A DNA stretch of 63,973 nt, counting the filler, from Perkinsus olseni (Eukaryota), in assembly GCA_013115125.1 (NCBI GenBank). It is 4 parts of 4 records of this genome, joined end to end, with 100 filler letters (N's around TTAATTAATTAA, not from the genome) between each part and the next. Parts side by side here need not be neighbours in the genome. Positions count along the whole stretch, not along the records: positions 17,399 to 34,652 come from JABANN010000651.1; 3 more parts are not named here. One strand, 5' to 3'. The position numbers were made by a program, and so were the translations under genes. The notes beneath the pieces were generated by a model. That model saw nothing but the letters and a program-made list of their open reading frames with translations. It was not told the DNA's origin and did no database searches. This document shows, piece after piece, positions 20,724 through 33,552 of this stretch; positions within the stretch are counted from its first letter, which is position 1, and each line of letters starts with the position of its first letter.

Positions 20724-23648
20724 ATGGCTCAAGACTCGAGGCCCGCTACAGCAGTGAGTCTGCCGAGGCTGGCCAAGGTCAGCAGCAGCAGCAAGCAAGA
20801 GGGAACTGCAGCAGCAGCCCTGACCGTTAGTGAAGATGATGACGGGCCTCAGCCTGTGAAGGTCCTTATTGAGTACTGCCAGCGGTGCTACAGACACCCT
20901 TGGTGCGTCAACCACAGCGAGGAACGCTACTTCTCTCAATTCATGGACATCGCCGGCCGCATCAGCGAGGCCTTTCCCGAGGTGGACGAGATCGTCGCCG
21001 TTAAGGACCCGCGTATTGGTGCATTGGAGGTCACAGTGGTGCATGGACAGCATCAGCAAGTTGTGTTCTCCAAGCTACAGTCGGACAGATGGCCGAATGT
21101 GGCTAAGATTCTGGAGAGGATCAGGCGAGTCGCCCGAAGGATGATGAGCCCCGACCCTCGCAACACGCTGCTGATTGAGAATGAGTTCCTCACGCCGCGG
21201 CATCATACAGTGGAAGTCAGTCTGGCCGCGGAGACCCCTGTCCCGTTCGCCCTGGGCCTCGAGATCACGGATAGGCCTCCCTTTTTGGTCACCGTAGCGC
21301 AGGAAGGGAAATACGGTGCTGAGTGTGGTGTCGCCAGAGGGGATGTACTCCATTGTATTAACGGCAAGGCTTGTGACCGTATGGACCTCGAGGGGCTGTT
21401 GGTGGAGCTCAGGAAGCGTCCCATGCGCCTCTACTGTCGCCGCTTTGATCGGACGAAAAGACGACGCCGCGCTGGCGGAGCGATGTCATTCACCAGACTC
21501 TTCGGAAGAAGGCCGGCATCAATGAGAGCTGAGAAGGCCACAACAGATCACTACCAGAGGCAGCGCAAGGGCATGACGACGATCGACACAATACCACCGA
21601 GGCCTCCACCCAGTCGTAGGCTACCCAAGCCGGCATACCAAGTGAAGCGTACGGACAGGAGCGGAGAGATGATGGGGCCGAGGCTAGGCCCTGTACCGCA
21701 CCCGAGGTCCGCCCCTGACCAGGTTCGCAATGCCCGGTCGAAGACGATGGAAGGACAGCGACCATCGGGCGGTCGACGAACGCAGCCCGGGTCTGAGATG
21801 CTCCTGCAGGGTGAGCGTGGTGGACCCTCGAGGCACAGCGTGAAGAGGATTGGTGCTAGGGCTGCATCAAGCTCCCTGAGTCAGAAGAAGGATCTTACGG
21901 ATACCGCGGGGGACACTGAGGAGTCGCGTATAGAGGAAACTCGCCCTGAGGCCTTAGCCGCGAATGGAACCGGGCTCGCTGCGACTGGTGGAATCGTCCA
22001 AGCTGAAGAAGCAGCCCCTGGACCGGTTGAGGGGGCTAAAGAGGCCAGTTCGATCGATGAGTCTACCGGTGTGCCGAAGCTGCCAGTTGTAACTGACAAC
22101 GGTAGTGCGGGTGAGACCCAGCATAGCGGCCAGAATACTGCTGCTGCTGCTGCTGCTGCTGTAGAGAATTATTACGACGAGGATTTCGAGTCGGATAACG
22201 AGACCTGGGAGGACGAGGATCTCCCTGCTTCCGAGCAGGCTGCCAGGGCTACGACTTCGTCCCCCTCTGTGCCGCCCGTCACTACCAAGGTCCTTGAACC
22301 ACAGCTAGGGAGCAACTCTGCCCCTCTCGAGACGCAAGAGAGGACCGAGATAGCCAATGCTGATTCGAGCGTTGCGGAGGCACCTCAAGAAAGCACGACG
22401 GTAGCGGGTCATGCCATGGCCACTGCAGCGGACATGGGTGAACCCGCTCAGTCTGTGGCGTCATCTCCAGGCCCCAACGGCGGACTCGAGTCACTCGTGA
22501 CAGGTGTAGAGAGTATCGATGGGGACGGAGAAGAGGGTACACCACCACAAGAGGCCGTTGTCGCCACTGCTGCCAACACTGAGGAAGTACCCGAACGAAC
22601 TGCTGGGGTTGCCACCGAGGCCCAAGTTGAGTGCACCGAAGACAGCAGCGGAGCGGAGGAAGGCACCGAGCCTCACAACGCAGGCGAAGGCCCGGAGGTG
22701 GATATCACTGCTCGCGATGTCGGGCAGGCCCCTGCGTCATCCACTGGAACTGACCACGAGCAAGGACCTGATGCCCCCGAGTCAGTTGACGCCGATGTGG
22801 ACAGTCGTGTCGTGCTCGGCGATGACAGTGAATCGACAGAGTTGACCGCAGGCAGGGAAGCCGACTCATCAGCGAACGCCATAGCGACGGAAGGTATCGC
22901 TGAGGCCGGCACTCCCCTACCGGAAACTTGCGCTGATGGAGGCAATGGGGAGGTCGCCGGGCCGGGAGGATCCGAGACTTCTCACGCTGCTGTCGACGCA
23001 GCAGAGGTTGAGGGCCCACAAGCGGCGACCCCGGCTCTCCAGAGTGAGGTTCCTGAGATCGACGACGGTCTCGAGGTCGCAGGCGGAGCGACGCAGCCAG
23101 AGGCCATGCAACCAGGTGTAGAGGAGGCGCCGGACGAAGTCGGGCATGATACTCTCTCCGATGGGGCGCGGGAGATGATCTCCAGCGTGGTAGGCATGGT
23201 GGTCAGGCAAGCGTCAGACCGCATCTCGCCGACTGTGGAAACGGCTCCTGTGGTGGAGGACCCTCCCCAGGCGGGTGGTTCGGAGCAGGCCGAGGAGACG
23301 AAGGACGGCTACGACGATGACTTTGAGGAGTACCTCCCCTCCGATGAAGAAGTGCCCGAGGAACCCAAGGCCAATGCAATGGCTCGTGAAGAGGAGGTCT
23401 GGGGAGGTGCGGGCGATACTCCCCGCCCAGGGAATGAGTTCGAATCGAAGGATCAAGGCCATGACAAACATCGGTCGATTGATGAACCAAATCCTACGAG
23501 TCCAAGGAAGCCTTTCCGTGGAGAACATGCCAATGAAGCCGCGCCCCTGACTGGGGTCGCTGATTTCCCTACTGCGGAAGCCACAGAGGAACGACCCAAG
23601 GCGAGCGATGGCGAGTCTGACTACGACGATGATTTCGAGTCTGACTGA
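20724..23648 (+). CDS. 974-aa protein: Rdx (SelW/SelT/SelH-like) domain, PDZ domain and long acidic disordered tail
   Basis: VLIEYCQRC...PRIGALEVTV...VFSKLQSDRWP (Rdx). LGLEI...VTVAQEGKYGAECGVARGDVLHCING...LRKRPMRL (PDZ). Three YD(D/E)DFE motifs. Confidence 0.85.
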   Translation: MAQDSRPATAVSLPRLAKVSSSSKQEGTAAAALTVSEDDDGPQPVKVLIEYCQRCYRHPWCVNHSEERYFSQFMDIAGRISEAFPEVDEIVAVKDPRIGALEVTVVHGQHQQVVFSKLQSDRWPNVAKILERIRRVARRMMSPDPRNTLLIENEFLTPRHHTVEVSLAAETPVPFALGLEITDRPPFLVTVAQEGKYGAECGVARGDVLHCINGKACDRMDLEGLLVELRKRPMRLYCRRFDRTKRRRRAGGAMSFTRLFGRRPASMRAEKATTDHYQRQRKGMTTIDTIPPRPPPSRRLPKPAYQVKRTDRSGEMMGPRLGPVPHPRSAPDQVRNARSKTMEGQRPSGGRRTQPGSEMLLQGERGGPSRHSVKRIGARAASSSLSQKKDLTDTAGDTEESRIEETRPEALAANGTGLAATGGIVQAEEAAPGPVEGAKEASSIDESTGVPKLPVVTDNGSAGETQHSGQNTAAAAAAAVENYYDEDFESDNETWEDEDLPASEQAARATTSSPSVPPVTTKVLEPQLGSNSAPLETQERTEIANADSSVAEAPQESTTVAGHAMATAADMGEPAQSVASSPGPNGGLESLVTGVESIDGDGEEGTPPQEAVVATAANTEEVPERTAGVATEAQVECTEDSSGAEEGTEPHNAGEGPEVDITARDVGQAPASSTGTDHEQGPDAPESVDADVDSRVVLGDDSESTELTAGREADSSANAIATEGIAEAGTPLPETCADGGNGEVAGPGGSETSHAAVDAAEVEGPQAATPALQSEVPEIDDGLEVAGGATQPEAMQPGVEEAPDEVGHDTLSDGAREMISSVVGMVVRQASDRISPTVETAPVVEDPPQAGGSEQAEETKDGYDDDFEEYLPSDEEVPEEPKANAMAREEEVWGGAGDTPRPGNEFESKDQGHDKHRSIDEPNPTSPRKPFRGEHANEAAPLTGVADFPTAEATEERPKASDGESDYDDDFESD

Positions 23649-24214
23649 GGTAAGTATCCCGCTGAGTTCATTCTCGGATGCGAGTCCTCAGGTTCGTCTC
23701 ATCCCTGTGGCCGATGAATTCAACCTGAGTAGCTCCATGGCATGTAGCATTCAAGTTGTTCAAGTGCTCTCGAGAGTCGTGTGGTGTTCAGTGGCATTAC
23801 AGCTCGGTTCCTCGGGCCAACCAAATCATTGCCATCATCATTGTGGACAGAAAACATTTCATCCGCAGTCCAATACCACTTGCAGCCAAGCGACGGCATG
23901 GCGTTGGTATCCGGCCAGACGGGCTGACTCCTAAACTGTGTGACGGTTCCTCAGTTGCACGTCTACTTCTGCTTCGTTCGTTCACAATCGCAATGGGAAA
24001 TTGTCACCGATCGGGAACCGCTTGGAGCGCAATTTCCTCAGCTACAATTGACCCGAAAGCTTCCTAGCCGGGATGACTTCTGGCTGTGCAACGGTAGCTG
24101 ACCCACGCTGTGCTTCCACCGGAGAGCCCCTCGCTCATGCAACTAGAATGCAACAAGACAACAATGAAGACAACAACATGGGCCAGGACTGTCTAAAATT
24201 CACACTATAAATGA

Positions 24215-25406
24215 TCACTCAAGTCGCTTATGTTTGCTCCCTGGGAATAGACTTCTGAGCCGAGAGAAGCGTGTCCTGGATCTCTTCTCTTGTGAATTTG
24301 CCTCAAGAACCAACCCAATCTTCCCTTCCTGGGCATCGGAGCGTACAGTCCTGTTCCTGAACAGTGACCGGCCCAGCGTCCACATGCTCCCGACACGCTC
24401 AGTGATCAGGAACTCGCAACCGAGCTCCCCTTTCCCTCTTGAGGTCTCTTGAACGAGCAATTCACCACGGATGGACAAACGCATTGGCAGCAGTCGCGCC
24501 TGTAGACAACTTCAGCTCGAGGTCTGGCAGGTACTTAGTATCATCGCAGCGTAAATAATGATATCCTGTCGTTGTTTTTAGTACAACTTTCTTAGCCGCT
24601 TTATTGGCTCTCTTGAAGAAATCGGATATGAGCTTTCTGGCTTCCTCGGGTGGTCCGGCTATATACCCAGCTCCAGAGTCCACCACCGCGAGGCTGTTAA
24701 TATCGATCTTGTCTCGATCTCCCACGGACATGCTTGACAACATAACAGCCCACTTTCGCTTATTGGATGCATCCGCTCCGATTGGGAGGTAGACCAGGTT
24801 CCCAGCCTCGGAAGCTTCCTTGCTCTCCAGTCTGCCTAACGTGAGTTCACCGCGGCCAGGGTCGCCGGCTGGCAGCTTCAAAGTGAATACGGGATGGCTG
24901 ATGACGCCGTGCTCAACTAACTGTGCTAAGAAAGTGTCCGATTTCTCCCGAGGGGGGCCTAAACCGAGACTCGCTTCAGGCATGGCTTGGTCGCTTTCCC
25001 AACTTCCCGTTTTGGTTCTCTGCTTGGCGCGAACAACAACGTAAAGCCTCATTCCAATACTTGCGGGTTTTGGCATTCCAACGACTTCAACTTGTCCTTC
25101 CATCGGTCGCATTTTCTCTTCAACTTCAACATACCCTCGCGTCTTACCCTTTCTCTTCTTCAGCGCTTCCAGCTCGTCAGGAGACAATTCGTAACAGTTT
25201 TAAGGATAATGCCGACACCAGTGTGGGAAGAAGTTCTGTCCAACCACGTGAAAGCTGACGGAGCCTGTGTCCACAACAAGATGGATTGCTTTCCCACCGA
25301 GGAGCAACTCGGTGCGGAGAAAACCTTCCTCGTAGAAGACAGGAAGCTTGATGGAACACCAGATTCGTACCGGGGCGAGGAAAAGAGAACTTTTCCGGAA
25401 CTTTAT
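24215..25406 (-). pseudogene. Pepsin-like (A1) aspartic protease pseudogene
   Basis: VVDTGS and VVDSGA motifs present. In-frame TAA at about 25200-25202 where the paralog has Tyr, a frameshift near 24480, and ATA at the position of the paralog ATG. Confidence 0.88.
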
Positions 25407-26455
25407 ATCGAAGCAAAAAACCAACGGAACCAGCAAGAGGCTGTGAACTGAGCAGTCAATGACTCTATCTTCCAGGAGCGCGTGTTCCCCAATAGTAGAC
25501 TGTTCAACTAGTACACAGTACGTCACATATTACACGACCGCCGTGGTGATAGACTCGGTCGCAGTGAGGTGGATCTGCTGCCATTTTACGACATGAGAGC
25601 TGATGTTAACACACGACAACAACCGATATGAATCTCGGCTTCAATCATCTCTATTGGATAGATCATGCAAGGCTATTGCTGGCCCAATACGATCAAGAGC
25701 TGTCAGTATGTACAGGATGAGGAGAGCTGTGCGTCTCTGGAAAACCATGTCTCGAGCGATCGCCTATGCTCAATTCCTGGACTTTCTTGGGTGCGGGAAG
25801 CCCCCTCAATTGGAGGTCGTTCGGTGAGTCGCCAAATAACCTCCAATTGAGGGTGCTTCACCGACGGCGAGACTGTAGCAGAAAGTGAGCACCTCCGATG
25901 CTGGTCTCCTGAAGCCTTCCCTTAGGAGGGCCGGCATATGGACGGAACGTCTTTGGATAACGCGATAGGGCGTTCGGTGTCTCTTGGCTCAAGGTCGAGT
26001 CTTCCCAGTGCTAGCTCAAGGGCGTCATTGACTACGGAGTTAACCATTAGGAAATGAGAGTGATACTAACTACGAATGGGATATCATCAAATAAATCATA
26101 CTCATAGTCCGATGATTCGGGAGTAATCCGCAGCTGCGGCACGCATATGCATAGCCCAGTCCGCTATGTTCCTGCGTGCAGCGGAGCGGTCGTCAGCATA
26201 TTCATGAAAAGTAGGTTGGGCTTCAATAAGGAGCCCTTCCTAGAGATAGTGCGGTGCGCAGCACCAACGGCAGGCGTATTTAGAACAGCGCAGACTCTTG
26301 AGTGCCCTTTTCGCGCTACGCGCAACTGACTGAGCTATGTAACGCCCGCCGACAGAGCATGTCGGATAGACTAGAACGCAACAGTTCAGGGGACAGGACA
26401 GCTCGACTCACAACATCCACACCAGGAGCATCACAGTCGTGGCCATTCAGGGCTT

Positions 26456-27613
26456 TCATTCGAGAAGGGAGTTATCTCCTTGATCACTGCTCCGCTCTGA
26501 CGGTTCTTCTTGGTCAACAACGAGGCCAATTCTTCCTCCTCTGGCGTCGAAGCGTATAGTCCTATTCCTGAAAAGAGGCATGCCTAAGCTCCACATACTG
26601 CTAGGGTGTTTCAGGATTCTTAGGTGGCACTCTGGTTTATCTTCCAGCCCGGGAAACTTCTGGGACAGCAGTTCGCCAGGAATGGATAGGGTATAAGGAC
26701 TGTCCGCCTCCGATGTGAACTTTAGTTCGAGATCTGGCAGGTACTTGGCGTCGTCACACAATAACCAATAGTAGTTGCCCGACTTGCCCCTTTGGACTAT
26801 CTTCCTAGGCATTTTATTGGCTTCCGTCATAATATAGGAAATGAGCTTCTCGACCTCTTCCGGGGGCCCGCGCAAGCACGGATCTCCCGAGTCCACGGTA
26901 GCGAAGTTGTCGATGGGTAGCTGATCGTTTCCTCTCACGGATATAGCGGACAACATAACAGACCATTTTCGCACGCCTAAAGTATCAACTCCGACGGGGA
27001 AGTAAACTAGAGCTCCGCGCTCGGAAGGCTTCTTCGGTTCCAATTCACCCAATGTGACTTCGCCGTGTCCCGCCAAGGTCTCTGGCAGCTTGATAGTGAA
27101 AACGGGCTCATCAATAATCCCGCTCTTGGTCAGCTGTTCCAAGAATGTATTCGACCTCCTACGAGGCAGACCCAAGCCAAGGATTGCATCCGGGCGTGCT
27201 TTCCCGCTCTCCCAAACTCCCTCTACCGACTTCCACAAGGCGCCGACCACGACATTGAGGCTCATCTCAGTTTCGAATCCACCCGAGGCGGATTCAACCA
27301 GCCCATCCATTGAGCGTATCTCCTCTCTTGACCTCCTGTAATTCTTGAAGGTGACCATTCCAGTCGCGAGGGCTTCCAGCTCGTCGAGGGACAAGTCGTA
27401 GCAGTTGTAAGGGTAACGCTCACACCAGTCCGGGAAGTAGCACCGTCCAACGGCATGAAAGCTGATAGAGCCCGTGTCCGCTACAAAGCGGACTCTCTGA
27501 CCACCCAGGAGCAGCTCAGTGCGCAGAAAGCCCCGCTCGTGGAGGAGTGGAAGCCGGACGGAACACCAGACTTGTAGGGGGATGATGAGGGTGCAACTAG
27601 TCCGATACTTCAT
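26456..27613 (-). CDS. Pepsin-like (A1) aspartic protease, single exon
   Basis: Intact ORF with signal-like MKYRTSCTLIIPLQVWCS, VADTGS, DAILGLG, ATVDSGD and WSLGMPLFRNRTIRFD...RIGL. Confidence 0.93.
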   Translation of the reverse strand: MKYRTSCTLIIPLQVWCSVRLPLLHERGFLRTELLLGGQRVRFVADTGSISFHAVGRCYFPDWCERYPYNCYDLSLDELEALATGMVTFKNYRRSREEIRSMDGLVESASGGFETEMSLNVVVGALWKSVEGVWESGKARPDAILGLGLPRRRSNTFLEQLTKSGIIDEPVFTIKLPETLAGHGEVTLGELEPKKPSERGALVYFPVGVDTLGVRKWSVMLSAISVRGNDQLPIDNFATVDSGDPCLRGPPEEVEKLISYIMTEANKMPRKIVQRGKSGNYYWLLCDDAKYLPDLELKFTSEADSPYTLSIPGELLSQKFPGLEDKPECHLRILKHPSSMWSLGMPLFRNRTIRFDARGGRIGLVVDQEEPSERSSDQGDNSLLE

Positions 27614-30600
27614 AGCAAAGCGAATAACAATGGAATCTGCGCCATTCAATCGGTTCAGCGGTAAGACGGCGCGCCCTACTCTAGAGCATGGATTCAGTTT
27701 CCAAGCGCGCCATCAATTCACAGGATGCCGCGCGAGCGTAGAACTGGAAGGCTCCCACTTGCGAGGTTGACCCCTACAACACGTCTAACAAGGTGAACTT
27801 TCTGATATTCCGGGCAACGCAGACACTAGCACTCCCATGGTCTTCGCAACCTCCTGCATGGCCTCCCCTTCGCTGCTTGCTTGAAACGCCTATGGGCATC
27901 AGAGGCCTCAGTATTTGTTACTATGAATCAGGGATGAACCCCCGGAAAGACAATTTCTCGAGCAATTCCGGCTCAATTCCTGGGCGTGACAAGAGCGCGC
28001 TCCTGGTATCATGGTGATCCTCACGGAGCGGCTCGGTCTAAGAGCTGGTTGTTGGCCCGCGGTCAAAGCCCAATGGTCGTTGCGGAGATAATCGCCATCC
28101 TGATTTTCGACTTAGCAGCATTCGTATCCAGGATCACCTTGGCAACGGAAGCCGGATGAGCACTCATCGGAACTATAGTTCATTCACTTGATGCCAGTCG
28201 CCTTAGCGCGCCTCATGCTGGCCAATGAGGGATCGGCTCTTACCCCCGACACTCCTAGGGAGGACGCCAGACATTCCTGGGACGGCCTTGGCTCGTCGTC
28301 GAACCACAGACGAAGCCGCGAAGCTAGTGATGGCGACAGGCCTCTCATGCGGTGCTTCACAGCTAGAGGAGAGCCCAAGAATCGGGGTAGCATTCTCAGT
28401 GAGTTCCCTCAGAACCGGTGGTTCCGTTGGCACTTCGTCGCGCTTAGAAGGCAATAATCCCTCGACCCAGTCGTGGTCGCTGCAGATCGTTACGTTGAAA
28501 CAACTGATAGACTCACAGTGCTTGGGGACTCTGAACTTCCAGATACTATTGTTGTCAACGGCTTCTGGTCGGCGAGGAGCGCTCTCACCGGATGCATCGG
28601 ACCCCTTCACAGGACTGCGCGTGAGCTTTCACGCTCTGTCTCCCGCGAGTTTGCAATTGGCGCTTATCAGCTGATCCGGGTGATGTCCAGACGAAGTTGC
28701 CGGAGAACAGCAGAAAAAGGAACGCCAGGGAAGCGTTGGCACATGAACTCCAGTAGGGTAGGGAGCTTCCCGATCCTTCTCCCCTTGGAGCTCCCCGCCT
28801 TGGAGCTCCCGGTTCGGCTTCGAGAAATCTCTCTTCCCGGATCAGAGTGTATCGGATCCCCTCCCACGACTTACCTTAGCTATGAAGGACTTGTATGATA
28901 TATGGTCCATGGCTGTTGGTCAGGTCTCGTGAGAGCTCCAAGGAAGTATCCTTCGACTATGAAAGTCGTGAGCCGCCATGGTCGACCACGTCACCCTCAC
29001 TGGAATGTTGGCATTCTTCTCAGAGCAATCAAACCCCGACGACAATTATCTTATACGATTGCTGAAGCCGATGAACGTTGAGAAGGCGAGTGCATGATCA
29101 TCTCTCGCTGTCACCAATCGTCTCTGTAGATCAAAGCCGCGATGCCTAGGGCGCTGATTGACAGCGTCATGGCCCACCAGGAGAATCTCCTTGCGAGGGC
29201 ACGCTCTCTCAAGCGACAACCTGGTTCCGCCGACGGTCAGCTCTCACTGAACGGGGTAGAGTCCCTCATCGGTGCTCGTCCTCGCAGCATGGCTATCGCA
29301 GGTACCAACGTCGTACCAAATCATTCTCAGGAATCTGTTCACGGCGTATGTCAATCGAGTCGCTGAAGGCGGTGGAACTGCCATCAAAGGAATGCGCATG
29401 TGTAGATAAGCGAGCCTCATCATCTTTGATTCTTCGAGGACGAAGAGTACAGCCCTGAGCTGGGCCTAGTCTAAGCTTACTCGTTCGAGTCGACGCTTTT
29501 TCTGACCGTTTGCCGAATCATGGGCCGCTCTATCGATTGCCTGACACACAGTTCATGCGGATGTCTTCAGAATGTATTGTCGTTTTCTAGCTCTCGAGTT
29601 TCCCCTCCATGTCAGGCACCTGGTTACGGCTATGCAGAGACTGCGGCATCTGGTCGGTGAAGAAAGATGCGACCGAGAATCGTCGTCAGTACACGTCTTT
29701 GCAGCTGCAGGATACCTACCTAAGACACTGCGAAGAAACGAGCCCATCGAGCGTGTACTCCCAGACCTCACAGTCCTTGTGTAAAGCGTCGGTTACAGAA
29801 CACTACATCTCTACGGCTTTGCGACCGCCCTCATCTCTCTTCTGCCGGACTTGCGCGGTCAAGCGGACACTTATATCGGCTTAACGATGGCTGCATGCGA
29901 CTCGGTAAGAGGCCCCGTGGAAGGACGCGTCTTGCCCAGTCTCTTTCTCTCTGTTCTATCGTGTTTCCGTAGCTCTCATCATCTTGTAGCTTTCCGTTCG
30001 TTCGTTATTTCTCCTTCTGGCTCGCGTTGATTCCGCGCGAACCCCGCCGTCGGGAACCTCTCTAGCCTCACTGCATCTTCTAGGATTATCTCTGACAGGT
30101 CGACGTGCCGATCTCCTTGGACCAAGATGAGAATTCCACAACTGCACTGCCGAGCGCGACAGCGAACTCTCCTGTCACCCAACAGTTCTCGAAAGTGAGT
30201 TGCGGTGCTGTTTAGACTCTCATCCATTCACGTCACTTGCTGCGTGTCAGTGTTACTCTGCCTTCACCCGTTTGCCAGGCGCTCGTAGCTATGCTTCGTC
30301 GCAAACAGTATGCGCCACACTCTCTCGGGAATCACATCTTGTCAGGCGCAGAGCAAGACTTGCGGGTCACCTCCGCCCGTGAACTCCGCTCCGGGGATAG
30401 CGGATAGACAAGTCGTCAGGAGCAATCCAGCAGGGTCCTCTTTTCATCGAGGATCGTGAGTAGCATTACCCTCCGCCAACGGAAGGCTTTTCGCTCTACT
30501 GTGTCCACCCCTGCCGCACATCCCAGCGAGATGTCGTTCAGGTTGGGCCATCTCATTCACGAAGAGCTGTGCGAACCTGGGGTGCAGCTGCTCTTATGCG

Positions 30601-32650
30601 AGTTTTTGGGCCCTCTGGAAAAGATCTTCGCGAAGTGAGCACTATGCTTGCTGGAATCTTCACGCCGTGGGGTTTTTCTGAATTTTCGGCATGTCTCTCG
30701 GGCCTCACAATTCCATTTGCCTGGCGGATTATCATTACACTCAGGTATGCCTGTGGGGGCCAGCGTTCGTCTCAGGACAAGCATAGGATGCATATCGATA
30801 TCTCCGGATGGACGAGATTTGCCGAAGATTATCAAATAGTAGGCCCCACACGAGAAACTCAGAGTTCTTACTCATTCCAATATTATCTGTTTTATTGTCC
30901 AGTCATTCACGTGGATCTCGCTGATACCCAATTCCCTAATGTTAGCGTCGCTCTTGATGCGGCAAAGAGTTCTGTTTAGCTTGGAGAAATCGATTAAGAC
31001 AAGCGAGAAAAGTTTGGCACCACTAATTCCGTTGAAAGAGTGTCCAGCTTGGCATCACCGGGCCCTTCTCCGATGTCTGATGACTCATCAGTGATGAGAT
31101 CAATGGGGGCGTTTCTATTGGAGTCCGACGTCCACAGCTCTTGCCGAGAGAGGCTCGCACCCTTAATCTAGGGATCGCTAATGCGTTCAGATATCTCCGC
31201 GAGGCAGAGGCTTGACTTCCCGTTGGGTGACCGAACAGGCGTTCGCCACGGCTCGGTGCCGTCGGGAAGACAAGAAAGTTTTGCGAGATGGCTTCATCGA
31301 AGCTATCTTGACGGTCCTCTTCTGGCACCTCCATCTGTCCGTATGTAAGGCAAGGTATTTCCTCGTGGTCCGGTGAAGTATGCTGGATCGCCATTGCGGC
31401 GTTCCATCAGGTTCTATCCAAAGCGACGCTCCAGCTATTGAAAAGGCCTTCTTCGCACTCTCGTGAGGAGCGAATACGTTTTGAATCGGCCGATTGGATG
31501 AGTGCCGCCGACTATCCTATTGCAGATACCTTCGTCTAGATATCTCAGATTGCGGGGTCAGTTGGACTTCGCCAAACATCAGCGTCGATGAGCTCGATCA
31601 ACTGCCTCTGAGAGAGCCTTCCCAGGTGAGGTGTGTTGAACCTCGGATCGCCTGCTGGTTCGCATCTGTTCTTCCCAGAGGCTCTCTCAGGTGCCACTCG
31701 CTCACATGCTGTCGGGGAGGAGATGATCTCATCATGTTCCTATGAGTTCTATATCGATCACATGCATAGCTTTGCCTGTCTCCCATCATGACTCTTGTGT
31801 CGCGTTGACTGTACTGTCCAGACGCCACTGAGCGAGCTGAGCTCGCTACTTTGATCTGCACCTCTTCGAGTGGTTGGTCGAACCCAGTGATTTCTTGCAG
31901 TAGTTGCGAGGGCAATGTTGGAGTCAGTGCGAGAAGTTTTTTTTCACGGAAACTTGAAGAGCCTGCAGGCTGAAAAAAGCTGGATACTGGCTTCAGCGGC
32001 GTGGATACTTGTGTGTGTGAAAAGTCTTCAGAAGACGCTTCTCTTCCGACTATAATATTGGTCTTCGCCCGCAATGAGGAGGGTGTCGTCTCGCTGCCAA
32101 ACGGAAGGCGTACCAGTATAGTGCAGAGGGTGAGTCGCACGGTTCAAGTGTCTCGCTCGTTCTGCTTCGGTACGCGAATCGCCGCCGACTTACGCAAGAG
32201 GGTTGAAATTCAAGACAACCACAATATCCATGATCTCTGGGCTTCCATTGAACCAATTGTGAGTTCACCTCACTCCGTGCAATTCACCGGCAAGCTGAAA
32301 GAAAGCACCTACTGGAAGCGAAGCGTCTCACCGAATGGTTGACAGCCACACCCCACGAACCGTAGGGAGTCTACGGCTCATCCCTATGGAGCTTCACTAA
32401 ATACAATCTAGGAAAGGTGCACATAGCCCTTCTGATGCAGAAGTTTCAAAGATGGACTTCGTCCCAGCTGGAAGACTCAAGCAGTGTGCAGGAAAGCTGA
32501 CTATCCGTACTCGCTCGCCCTCTGTATCGAGCGTATCTGTAATTCCGTGAATCCCCGCTTCCTCTCTCGTGAGTGTCTCACCGACTTCACAGTCCCTTGA
32601 CCTCCTATCTTTAAGTTATCGTTATAGTATAACGGTTATACGTCACGAGC

Positions 32651-33552
32651 ATGGACTACTTCGGCATAGTCCTCATTTATTTGACGATCGGTCCATCTTA
32701 CGGGGTCGAGTACATGCCATACGCTCGTCCTGTACCATGGCTCTTCGGCTCACCTGTCGCCAACGATAACCGTTACTATATCGAGCCTTTGAGAAAGAAC
32801 GAGGTATTAGGCGTGAGCGCTCCCGGGTCCTCGTCGTAACGACGACGTCGTTGATGCAGGACTCCACGGTAGCCGATGGGTTCGAATGCATTCCAGTGTT
32901 GCAGCTGGCTACCGAACCCAAGGATAGCCCAATCAGCGACGTCTGGGTGCATGGAATAGATGGGCAGACTAACAAACAGACGACCTACGTGGCAACGGCG
33001 CATGCCGATGATCCAAATCAAGAGTGCTTCTCATCTATCGACCCGCCCAGTGACGTCGCCCTGCGTGAGTTGAACGGGATCTGCAACACTGTGGGTTTCC
33101 GTGTTCTCAACACTTCTGATCCTTACGTGCTCAAGGATGGCACATACTCGGGAAATAAGGACTCTTCGATGGGACTCAAGGCTGACGTGAAAAGCGGCAA
33201 AATCAAGCGCTTGACAACTCACGATTTGATGGAATCGAGGAATGACGAACTTTACTACTTTGGAGTCGGTCACGTTATTTCGGTGATCGTCGGAAACCAC
33301 ATGAACTCCAACAGAAATGATACCCTTATTTTAGAGCCGGAGGTGAGAGAGCTGCCACTGGAATATGATGCAATCACATGGGAAAATCTAGGATCTTGGG
33401 ATCATGACGAATCGCGCTACGAAGATATCAATGAGAATGGGGGCCATGAGAAGGGCTCAGGCAAACGGTTGGGTAGAGTACGAAAAATGGTGCGAGGCGT
33501 GAAGAGAAGGGTCCATGCGCTTGGTGCGAAGAACTACAATCGTTTGGAGTGA
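32651..33552 (+). CDS. Hypothetical secreted protein, two exons (intron about 32804-32859)
   Basis: Signal-peptide-like MDYFGIVLIYLTIGPSYG. A GT...TGCAG intron joins in frame to the 233-aa ORF, which has a basic C-terminus. Confidence 0.65.

Noticed and set aside
20724-20733. TGGCTCAAG at the start of the 974-aa ORF as an SL relic
   Set aside because: Only 9 nt and it overlaps the ATG-Ala-Gln codons, which is expected by chance.
20870-20890. Selenocysteine in the Rdx domain
   Set aside because: Both positions are TGC Cys codons and there is no in-frame UGA.
27800-31950. Many short ORFs as genes
   Set aside because: No recognisable motifs and no consistent splice chain. Probably decayed lineage-specific genes, but not supportable individually.
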